A stretch of DNA of 64,000 nt from an uncultured Methanomicrobiales archaeon (GTDB lineage: Archaea; Halobacteriota; Methanomicrobia; Methanomicrobiales; Methanospirillaceae), in NCBI GenBank assembly GCA_963758915.1, contig CAVWXH010000003.1, positions 352,001 to 416,000 on the forward strand, in the 5' to 3' direction. Positions 52,118 to 60,841 of this stretch are shown in pieces. Within the stretch, counting starts at the first letter, position 1. Each line of letters starts with the position of its first letter. Both the position numbers and the translations under genes were made by a program. A model generated the notes under the pieces. It did no database searches and was not told the DNA's origin. It was given only the letters and a program-made list of their open reading frames with translations.

Positions 52118-52601
52118 TTGCAAAGACCGGATTAACCTTTGCTGCAACCTCCGATGGGGGCAATGTCGTGGGATCAGAGAACATCATGATTGACGGTGCA
52201 GGAACAAACACAACTGCATCCGATCGGATGCTCTGTCGTTTTCAGCATACCCAGTCGATATAATTCCTGCATACTGTAACATCGTCCAGGCTGGAAGTAA
52301 GTACGACCTGACGATTGGATCGGTGACAACCAATGCGAACACCCGGTTCGTCGGCACTGATGCAACCAACCCGGTTGTCCTGAACTACGATATAAGCGTC
52401 AAGCCATACGGCACGTCACAGGGACAGATCCTGGCAAGCGGCTCTGCAATGGCATACCTCAAAGCACACATCCAGGAAGCCCGTGGAAACGGAACGGCAA
52501 AGGCTGAAGACCTGGTATACAATGAGCAGTCAAGTGCACAGGGTACGATAACGGCCTTCACCAAGGTGATTGCGTACCAGTCAGGGAAGGCACTGCTCTG
52601 A
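52118..52601 (+). pseudogene. Sheath-protein-like 3' half (fragment D), re-duplicating 51548-51830
   Basis: AKTGLTFAATSDGGNVVGSENIMIDGAG ... FTKVIAYQSGKALL*. Confidence 0.8.
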
Positions 52602-52793
52602 TTTTATACTCTCAAAAAATACTTTTTTCGCGATTTTTTAAAGGGGAAACGAAATCCGGCCCCATTCTTGAAAGTCAGGTATTGTAACGAAACCGCGATC
52701 CTGATAGAGAAACCTTTATTGTCCGACACTCCCAAAAGCCAAATTATTTGGGGGGTACTGAATGCATCCTCCAATTCTAACGGAGTGAGTGAT

Positions 52794-53936
52794 TTGAAGC
52801 TTGGTAAACTAGGGGTTATTACGCTCTTATTATTCGGAATGGTCATTGGATTAACAGGTATCATGTGCGCAGACCAGCCGGTACCGGCAGTCCCGGAGAC
52901 ACAAACGCTAGGGACAGTAACTACTGCGGATGTTGTCGGAATTGCCATGGAAACTGATGCTGGGGCATGGACATTGACGAACAGCGGTGAAACGATGTAT
53001 ACCGTGACTGCGACTTCGACTAGTGATGTGGTAAAAATCCTTAATGATGATGAAATAACTCAGCTCCTCGCTGCGGGAGGAAGTGTTATCCTCGTACCGG
53101 GATCCGATCGCACCGCTAGTATTTCAGTGCCAGAATCGCTTTTAAACCAGCTTTTGGTTGGTAGTAGTTGGCAGACTTGGGCATATATTCTTGCCATAGC
53201 AGTCAGTGATGGAGGTTATGTATTGACAACTGCCCCGGGTGGGATCCATAACGGGGTCCTGAGTCCCGCCCAGATCCAGTACACCACCGCGTATGATGCC
53301 AATATTGTGGCACAAGCGGGGCACACAGTCCTTACTAAGAGCATGAACATCAACACGGGTAACAAGGTGCTCACCCAGTCCAACCTGAAAGCCCAGACTG
53401 GATTAACCTATATTGCTACTTCCGATGGAGGTAATGTAGTCGGTTCAGAAAACCTGATGATTGACGGTGCGGGAAATACAACCAAGGCATCTGATCGGAT
53501 GCTCTGTCCATTTAGTTCCCAGCCGGTTGATGTCATCCCTGCCTATTGCAATATTATCCAGACCGGCAATACATACGACCTGACAGTCGGATCTGTTACC
53601 TCAACGATGAGCGAGCGTTTTGTCAGCTCCGATGCCACCAACCCGGTGCAGCTTGACCAGGTATTCAATGTTAAGCCATACGGTACCACCGAAAGGGCAA
53701 TTCCGGCGATGGGTGCAACATCTGTGTACATTAAAGCCCATTTCCAGGAAGCACGAAATTACAACAATATAACCGTGGTCGTGCTTCCTGATGGTAGTCC
53801 TGGAGCAACTTTTGCAATCCCCGGCACACCGCTTAAGAGCGAAGACCTCACCTACTCTGAAACATCAAGTGCACAGGGTACCATTCTGGCCTTTACCAAG
53901 GTTATAGCGTACCAGTCTGGGAAATCACTCCTCTGA
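52794..53936 (+). CDS. Intact sheath-protein (MspA/SH)-like secreted protein, paralog E (380 aa)
   Basis: Signal peptide; ADQPVPAVPETQ; QYTTAYDANIVAQAGHT; SENLMIDGAG; MLCPF..IPAYCNI; KAHFQEAR; YQSGKSLL. TTG start inferred from the aligned ATG in copy B. Family name is from recollection of Methanospirillum sheath proteins, not a search. Confidence 0.75.
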   Translation: MKLGKLGVITLLLFGMVIGLTGIMCADQPVPAVPETQTLGTVTTADVVGIAMETDAGAWTLTNSGETMYTVTATSTSDVVKILNDDEITQLLAAGGSVILVPGSDRTASISVPESLLNQLLVGSSWQTWAYILAIAVSDGGYVLTTAPGGIHNGVLSPAQIQYTTAYDANIVAQAGHTVLTKSMNINTGNKVLTQSNLKAQTGLTYIATSDGGNVVGSENLMIDGAGNTTKASDRMLCPFSSQPVDVIPAYCNIIQTGNTYDLTVGSVTSTMSERFVSSDATNPVQLDQVFNVKPYGTTERAIPAMGATSVYIKAHFQEARNYNNITVVVLPDGSPGATFAIPGTPLKSEDLTYSETSSAQGTILAFTKVIAYQSGKSLL

Positions 53937-54045
53937 ATCACTCAAGAATGCACTATTTTTTTTAGGGTGGCTTTGCTCCATCCTATAACCTTGTCCTCAT
54001 CAACATAGTACATGCCCCTTCACCGGGGCCAGGGAAAGGAGCCAT

Positions 54046-54073
54046 GGGGTCAGCAATGACCCCCTTTTATTTT
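54046..54073 (+). terminator. Hairpin GGGGTCA-GCAA-TGACCCC followed by a T-rich tract
   Basis: Perfect 7-bp stem, GNRA loop, then cttttattttc. Confidence 0.55.
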
Positions 54074-54324
54074 CAGGTTCCGCTGGATCTGCAACGTAAT
54101 GATTGCATACTGGAATGAATTTTTTTACCACCAGAACAGATACACCGTAGTTCCCCGGTCATATCGGACTCGAAGGAAAGATCCTCTGCCAGGAGGCAAA
54201 CTGTGCAGCCGCCTACCCGGTGCCGGAAAACGGCAATGCAGCCCGGGCATGTTCGTTCATTGACAAGGCATTTTTAAAGGGTCCAGGTGTAAACCTCCGT
54301 TGAGTGTCTGGGGATAGTTAAACC

Positions 54325-54368
54325 CAACCGGGGTCGCCACAGCGGCGGGCCATGAGCCCCGGGAGCGT
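54325..54368 (+). repeat. 44-bp structured repeat, partial copy of the MITE interior (second copy 55627-55670)
   Basis: caaccggggtcgcca(c/a)agcggcgggccatgagccccgggagcgt, 1 mismatch. Confidence 0.9.
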
Positions 54369-54580
54369 TGGAAAATTAAGGAATAGTCCGAAACCGGTAA
54401 GAGCATAGAAGAGGATTTCCCATGTAAATGCCTGAACGGACACCAATATGAAGAGATTTTGAATGTGGCATTTTCATTGTTCGGGTGTGGAAGTCCCGTT
54501 CATGTGTGTTTCTACAGAATAAAAAACCGGTTTGCTGGATGGTCTGATATGGTATGGTAACCTTAAAAGAGTTCGATTTT

Positions 54581-55201
54581 TCAATGTTTTCTTTTATCCC
54601 CCTTAATTCGCCCGAGTTTAACGAGTGTCATATTTTTGTTATGTAATATATCTGAATTATTTGGATCCAACAGAAGTCCTTTCTCATACGATACAAGCGC
54701 TTCCTGATAATTCCCCTCTTTGAATAAATTATTTCCACTCTCTTTGCAGGAAATGGCTTCTGTTTTACATTCTTCTGAGATCCTGCTTTTTGGTACAATA
54801 AAATTACGGCGTCCTATTTGAAGAAGGGCAAGTTCCAGGGCCCTGGCAAGTTTTTTCGGCGACGCGTTTTTTTCCCCTTCAATGGTGTATACCGAACGGT
54901 TGGATGGCGTGAACCATGAAATAATAATGATATTTTCACCACCCGTTATCCGGGCCATTTGTGTTATTAAATCCAGGGAGTGCAGTCCTCCCGTTTCAAT
55001 GTCGACGATAAAATCAATGTAAAATGCGTCGGCAGCTGCCTGAGTCGGGTTGAGAATAATGTTATGACCCGCACACGACGATGTTGTGCAAATACCGGGT
55101 AAGGAGTTGAAGACATTTACCAGGAGTTTTATCCTGGGCTCAACCCCCTCTCTGGCGCATTCATCCTTCGCTTTTTTCTTCATGGAGTTGAATGATCGCA
55201 T
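54581..55201 (-). CDS. Hypothetical protein: TYW3-like N-terminal motif plus C-terminal TPR
   Basis: EPRIKLLVNVFNSLPGICTTSSCAGH; KESGNNLFKEGNYQEALVSYEKGLLLDPNN. Confidence 0.75.
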   Translation of the reverse strand: MRSFNSMKKKAKDECAREGVEPRIKLLVNVFNSLPGICTTSSCAGHNIILNPTQAAADAFYIDFIVDIETGGLHSLDLITQMARITGGENIIIISWFTPSNRSVYTIEGEKNASPKKLARALELALLQIGRRNFIVPKSRISEECKTEAISCKESGNNLFKEGNYQEALVSYEKGLLLDPNNSDILHNKNMTLVKLGRIKGDKRKH

Positions 55202-55465
55202 GTGGTCATCACCTGTTTACAGGTATACTTAGATTCCTTCTTAACTGCTGCGATGGTTTGGAGAACCTGGTGCAATCACCTGCCTGTGGCATGATACAGA
55301 GATAAAAAGAATGAGGATGGTATTCTGAACCCGGAATGTCTTTTTTCACTTCTCTGGTTCATACTGAAAATCTGTCGGGGTATGAACCACCGGAGGGTGA
55401 AAACCCTTATCCCTGGTGTTTTTTCTTCAAGATATTCGAAATAATTGCGGTTTTCCCAATATTTC

Positions 55466-55728
55466 GGCTTTGTTGAAACTTTTTCGGTGTCATAACAAAT
55501 AAGAGGGAAATACGAAGACAGGAGGGGTTTCACCCCCTCCCTGCCCGACCCCCATTGAGATATTCTTCGGGCAGGGTTTCCCGAAGGCTCATTAAAATTC
55601 AGAGTATTGGGGGAGGGTCTCTATCTCAACCGGGGTCGCCAAAGCGGCGGGCCATGAGCCCCGGGAGCGTGATGAAATTATGGAATTCCCAATCTTCAAA
55701 ATAGATTTGAGAGGATTTGTACAGAGCC
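55466..55728. mobile_element. 263-bp MITE with IS5-family-like terminal inverted repeats and 8-bp target-site duplication
   Basis: Left end GGCTTTGTTGAAA, right end TTTGTACAGAGCC; AATATTTC at 55458-55465 and 55729-55736; no ORF; internal hairpins. Confidence 0.82.
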
Positions 55729-56109
55729 AATATTTCGACTCATATCGGGAAGGGGGTCCTTACAAAAATATTTTTAAAATCATGTATGCTCTAATTGCCA
55801 AAATAACGCTGAAATAGTAAACCGAGCTGAAATAGTAAACCGGGCCTTCATCCGCGATGTACGACACAGATGTTCAAATCACCATTGTTCTGTTGGATCT
55901 TCAGGGAGCAGGAACTGGCACGAACAGGAGTCTTCGGAATAACAAAAAACCCGGAGCGGGTGTGAGATAACTTCACAGGCTGTCGCCGTATAGTTCGCGT
56001 TTTTTCTGCTCACTTCCATGAACCCACACCATTCCAACAACTCCGTTCTGGCACAATGCAAAACAGGCAGATTGATTAGACTGGCTGTGTAAAAATCCAA
56101 CAGAGAGCC

Positions 56110-57052
56110 ATGCGGTCGTTTGTTCTCCCGGTACGGTATTTCCTGTTCCTGCTCCTGATCATGGTGGCGATGGTCCTTGCAGAATTCTTCGCTACGGCAA
56201 CGGCCTCCGAGAGGCTCATTCTTGTCGTAACCAGCCCGTTTGCCAATACAATATTCGGAAAAATCTTTAATACTCTTTTTTTTGCGATTTTAATTCTCAT
56301 TTGTTACACAGCCGGGGCGTATTTCATCGTCAGGAAAATGCCGGATGAAGCATCCCGTTTCACAGCCACCAGGATTTTTACGGTACTACTGCTTGGCCTT
56401 GGCCTGTTGCTTGTCCTCATGGAATGGGTGGAAGACCCTTCACAGATCGTGCTTTTCCTTGGCATCATATGGGCTGCCATGGTTGTTGCACTCCGTGATC
56501 TCATACAGAACATGGTCGGGAGCCTGACCCTCCTTGTTACCCGGATGTACCGGATCGGGGACAGGATACAGATCAAGGGAGTATATGGACTTGTTATGGA
56601 TATCGGGTTCTTCAGGACGACCATGATGCAGCTGGACAGGGAGTCCGGTGACCATCCGAGCGGGCAGATTGTGACCGTCCCGAACGGTATTCTGTTCCGG
56701 GAGGTGGTCATGAATACCAGCCGTGACCTCTCTGTTGCAGGGGACGAGATACGGATCACCCTGCCCTTTTCTGCCGATTTACCCCATGCCCGGGCAGTCC
56801 TTCTCGAGGTAGTCCACCGGCATACCCGTGAGATCCAGGTGCAGGCAGCAAAGGAAATCGAGCAGCCTCGGGGATAAAAAATTCCTGCCCTCGTACGAGA
56901 CGAGCCCGGGTGTCTACCTTCATATCGACGATTACCAGGTCCTCATGGTACTGAAGTATTTCACGTCATCCACCAGGCGGTCTGAGATCAAGGGCCTGAT
57001 TATCGAAGAAATATCCCGTCTTATCCCGGAGATTACGAAAATTGACCAGTAG
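56110..57052 (+). CDS. MscS mechanosensitive channel (+1 frameshift near 56867)
   Basis: YRIGDRIQI..G.VMDIGFFRTT; GQIVTVPNG; C-terminus continues in ORF 56828-57052. Confidence 0.85.
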
Positions 57053-57195
57053 GGATTGAAATGACCGAAAAATGGGACAATACAGACCGGGAGAGTTTTT
57101 AACAAAACCGGACTATTCCTTAACAAAAAAATAACCCGGTTTAACAACCACATCTCTTTATTTCCTGGGACACCAACGATCGGAATGTAACCCTC

Positions 57196-58630
57196 ATGTC
57201 AGCGAAACAATTTCTCCTCATCATCATTATCGGAATTGCCATGATCCTTGCTGCGGGATGCACCCAGCCTGCTGTTCAGCATCAAAAGGCACAGGAAACC
57301 CCACTTGTGACGGTGACCGTTCAGGTCCCGCCGCTCACCGGCACTGATGCGGCGATATCCCGGAAACTCGATGCCTATATGACAGCGCTTACCGACGCCG
57401 GGAGGTTCAGCGGGACGGTACTGGTGGCACGGGGCGATACCGTGATCCTCTCGAAAGGGTACGGCATGGCGAACTACGAGTTCTCCATCCCCAATACACC
57501 CGGGACCGTATTCCCTGTCGGCTCGAATACCAAGCAGCTTACCGCGGCCGCCATTATGAAGCTGCAGGAGCAGGGGAAGCTGAATGTCACCGACCCGGTC
57601 ACGATGGTATATCCCCAATGCCACGAAATGGGAGGAGATCCGGATCTATCACCTGCTGAACCACACCGCGGGGATCCCGTCTGACGGGGCGTTCTCCCTC
57701 ACCGACCGGGCAGATCTTACACTCCCCGAAACAATGGAACGGATAACCGCCCTGCCCCTCGCCTTTGAACCGGGATCGGGTTACACGTATTCCAATAACG
57801 GGTATATCGCGCTGAGTTACATCATTGAGCAGGCTTCGGGCATGTCGTACGATGAGTACCTGAAAACGGACATCTTCCGGCCAATCGGCATGAACAGCAC
57901 CGGGCAGGACAATGCCCGGGATGTCTTTCCCAGCCGTGCGTCCGGGTACACCACCATGAACGGAAAACAGGTCCACTACGACCTCCAGAACATCCATAAC
58001 TCCTGGGGCGCCGGGTCCATCCATTCCACGACCGGAGACATGTTCCGGTGGGTGCGTGCCTTCCATACGCCGGGAACGATCCTTTCTCCGCAGTCAACCG
58101 CTGCCATGGTGGAACACCATTACGGGATTGAGAGCGGGAAATTGAAGAACCGCACCTTCATCGGCTTTAGCGGGCGTAACTTCGGGTTCATCTCGCAGAC
58201 ACTGTATTATCCTGACGAGGACGTGAGCATCATGTTCCTGACAAACCATGACAGGACCCCGGTGCTGACCCTGGTAAACGACCTCCCGGCGATAGTCTTT
58301 AATGGGACGTATTCCCAGCCGCAGAAGATCAACCGGAGCGTGGTGCCGCTGAACGCAGGAGCACTCGTGGAATACACCGGGACGTATGCACCGGCATGGG
58401 AGAAATCATGGACGATCACCGTATATAGTGAAGGCAACCGCCTGTTTTACGATGCGGTCATGCCCGGCGATAAGAAGGTCGAACTCTTCTCCGAGGGCAA
58501 TGATACGTTCTTCGTGACACCGGAGTCGGACGATGCATACATATTCACCCGTAACGCAGCCGGAAAGGTCAACGGACTGAAGATGTATACCATGGAAGGC
58601 TCGTATGACGAGTCAGAAAAGGTGTCGTGA
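57196..58630 (+). CDS. Serine hydrolase (class C beta-lactamase family) lipoprotein, +1 frameshift near 57606
   Basis: Lipobox AAGC; GSNTK (SxxK), LLNHTAG, YSN. Confidence 0.88.
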
Positions 58631-58733
58631 AGGCCGGTATATTTTTTTTGAAATTGGTGACCCGAAGACCAGACGTTACTTTTCACCCCGGTCAGGCACG
58701 TACTCTTTCATGAGTGAGCCGTTGACACAGCCT

Positions 58734-59918
58734 TTAGTCTGAACTGACTTGAGAATCGACACTCTCTGCCACCTCATGGACCGCTTCTGCCGCGACCCTG
58801 CATTCATCGCGGGTATTGAAATACGAGAAACTTGCCCGGATACACCCTTTCCCACCATCAATGCGTTCATGGACGAGCGGGGCACAGTGGAGCCCGGTTC
58901 TCGTGATCACATGGTAAGCCCGGGCAAGGATGAATCCCGCTTCATGGTTGTCAATACCGGCGATGTCAAACGATACAACCGGGAGATCGGGATTTTCGTT
59001 ATAGATGGTGACGCCCCTGATAGCCTTCAGTTCGCGTATGAAAAAGCGGATCAGGTCAGTGTTCCTCTTCTCAATTTCTTCCTGGCCGATCGATGTTATG
59101 AACCGTATCCCTGCATAGAGCGATGCGATTCCGGGATAATTCGGCGTCCCTGCCTCGAACCGCATCGGCATCCCAAAGGGATGGGTGAGTTCCCGTGAAT
59201 CCGTACCTGTGCCACCCTGCCGGGTGATCGCGATTGCGTCCGGTTCTGATATAAAGAGTCCACCAATGCCCGTGATGCCGAAGAGTGCCTTGTGACCGGT
59301 GAATACGAACGCACCGACCGGAATGTCCGAAAGATCGATCGGGATGTGGCCTGCGGTCTGGGCCCCGTCCACGATGAAGAAGATATCATTGGCGTGGAGG
59401 TATTCCGCTATGGTTTTAATGTCCTGCACAGAGCCGAGAACGTTGCTCCCGTGTGTCATCACTATGAGCCGGGTTTCCGGGCAGATCGCTTTTTTAATTG
59501 CCGCGAGACTGACGGTACTGCCAGAGAAAGGCAAGACCGAGAGACTGATCGCCCTATCCTGCTTCAGCGTCATGAGCGGGCGGAGTACGGAGTTGTGTTC
59601 AAGTTCTGTGGTGATCGCATGAAACGGCGTTCGGGTTTTTTTAACAAATCCGTGAATCAGCAGGTTAAGTGAGTCGGTGGCATTCTGGGTAAAGATGAAG
59701 TGTTCAGCAGGGCCGGCATGGAAAAAGTCTGAAAGGACCTCACGTACGGCAGAGGGATAATCAGTGGACCCGTTTCCCGTTGTCCTCCCCGGTTCATGCA
59801 GCGGCTCTCGCAGGCATTTTTCAACCTCCATAAGGACTTCTGCCGGCTTTGGCCATGTTGTTGCAGCGTTGTTAAGGTAGATAAGCGGTGATTGTATTTC
59901 CTGCGATTCGGGATTCAT
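58734..59918 (-). CDS. Class V PLP aminotransferase / cysteine desulfurase family
   Basis: YLNNAATT, EHNSV, DGAQTAG, TGHK, RTGLHCAP. Confidence 0.93.
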   Translation of the reverse strand: MNPESQEIQSPLIYLNNAATTWPKPAEVLMEVEKCLREPLHEPGRTTGNGSTDYPSAVREVLSDFFHAGPAEHFIFTQNATDSLNLLIHGFVKKTRTPFHAITTELEHNSVLRPLMTLKQDRAISLSVLPFSGSTVSLAAIKKAICPETRLIVMTHGSNVLGSVQDIKTIAEYLHANDIFFIVDGAQTAGHIPIDLSDIPVGAFVFTGHKALFGITGIGGLFISEPDAIAITRQGGTGTDSRELTHPFGMPMRFEAGTPNYPGIASLYAGIRFITSIGQEEIEKRNTDLIRFFIRELKAIRGVTIYNENPDLPVVSFDIAGIDNHEAGFILARAYHVITRTGLHCAPLVHERIDGGKGCIRASFSYFNTRDECRVAAEAVHEVAESVDSQVSSD

Positions 59919-59952
59919 CGGTATACCTGCTCTTTTCTTTTCGTTATTGGTT

Positions 59953-60278
59953 TTACCCGAAGGTAAGAATTTTGTCCGATTCTTCAACCATTTTTTAGAA
60001 GATCATCCAACGTATGCAGGGGACAAACGGCAGTCCCCTCTTTGTGGCGGGATTTCAGACACGTGCCACATGCGAGTATTTCCCCGTTTTTCTGGGTGAA
60101 CAGAATTACCCTGCTCCTCCACGTTGAATTTCTTATCATGGATCTCTTCGGGTTCAACCCCGCTGTTCATAAGGAAGACTTTCACCGTATGATTTGCGGT
60201 AAGTGCCTTGACGCCGAAACGGAATGCATTCCACACAATTTCCGGGTCATGGGTCCCTAAAACAACCCCTATTTTCAT
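59953..60278 (-). CDS. DsrE family sulfur-relay protein (+1 frameshift near 60110)
   Basis: PEIVWNAFRFG..VKVFLMNSGVE; corrected frame gives GEILACGTCLKSR..VCP..LDDLLKMVEESDKILTFG*. Confidence 0.85.
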
Positions 60279-60444
60279 AAACTCTCCTCAATACAAGTGT
60301 TCTCCTGACGCTATTGTATAAACAGCTTTCCTTATCAGAACAGGGAATTACAAAAATAACTCCTTACCAATTTTATTTCCGGTACAAACGTTCCCGGATA
60401 TTGTTCAGCAATCCTTATCGCTGTGGAATGTATAGTCTTGTGTT

Positions 60445-60699
60445 ATGGCTGCGATTACTGCCGTATTGTTAAGAAGGGCAGCAGAAACACTTGGAATCCG
60501 GGAACGAGCCAGCCCTAACGAGATTCGCCCCCATTATAAAGAGAGGATCAAGGAATGGCACCCCGGTGTCTCGCAGAAAGATCAGGTTGTGTCCCATGAG
60601 ATGACCATCCGTGTGAAAGATGCCTATGATCTCCTGGTTGATTCTTGCATGGACCTGTATTTTCCCGCTCGAACGGTATCCAGTCAGTCCAAGGTATAG
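60445..60699 (+). CDS. Small J-domain-like protein, degenerate (HPG instead of HPD)
   Basis: AAETLGIRERAS..EI...YK..IKEWHPG...AYDLL. Confidence 0.6.
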   Translation: MAAITAVLLRRAAETLGIRERASPNEIRPHYKERIKEWHPGVSQKDQVVSHEMTIRVKDAYDLLVDSCMDLYFPARTVSSQSKV

Positions 60700-60841
60700 G
60701 ACACTGTTGCAGGGACAGATGCCGGAAATCCGCCCAAAGATAAAAATGCCGGGGATTGAAGGCCCAAAGGTTGCCATTCCATACCTGTCAACGCGATAAC
60801 AAAATCATAAGATTTTTCGTTTTGTAATCTCAACCCCCTGC

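Noticed and set aside
52668-52793. 42-aa N-terminal extension of paralog E
   Set aside because: Corresponds to the promoter/leader shared with the other copies; the aligned ATG in copy B marks the true start.
47632-53936. Diversity-generating retroelement or invertase shufflon as driver of the variable region
   Set aside because: No reverse transcriptase or site-specific recombinase in the window; variation involves indels and all bases rather than adenine-specific changes.
55808-55842. 18-bp-period direct repeat gctgaaatagtaaaccg x2
   Set aside because: Only two copies with no associated feature; probably a slippage duplication.
56110-60278. Programmed frameshifting or Sec/Pyl readthrough in mscS, serine hydrolase and dsrE
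   Set aside because: The breaks are single extra bases without slippery heptamers or in-frame UAG/UGA continuation; read error is more parsimonious.
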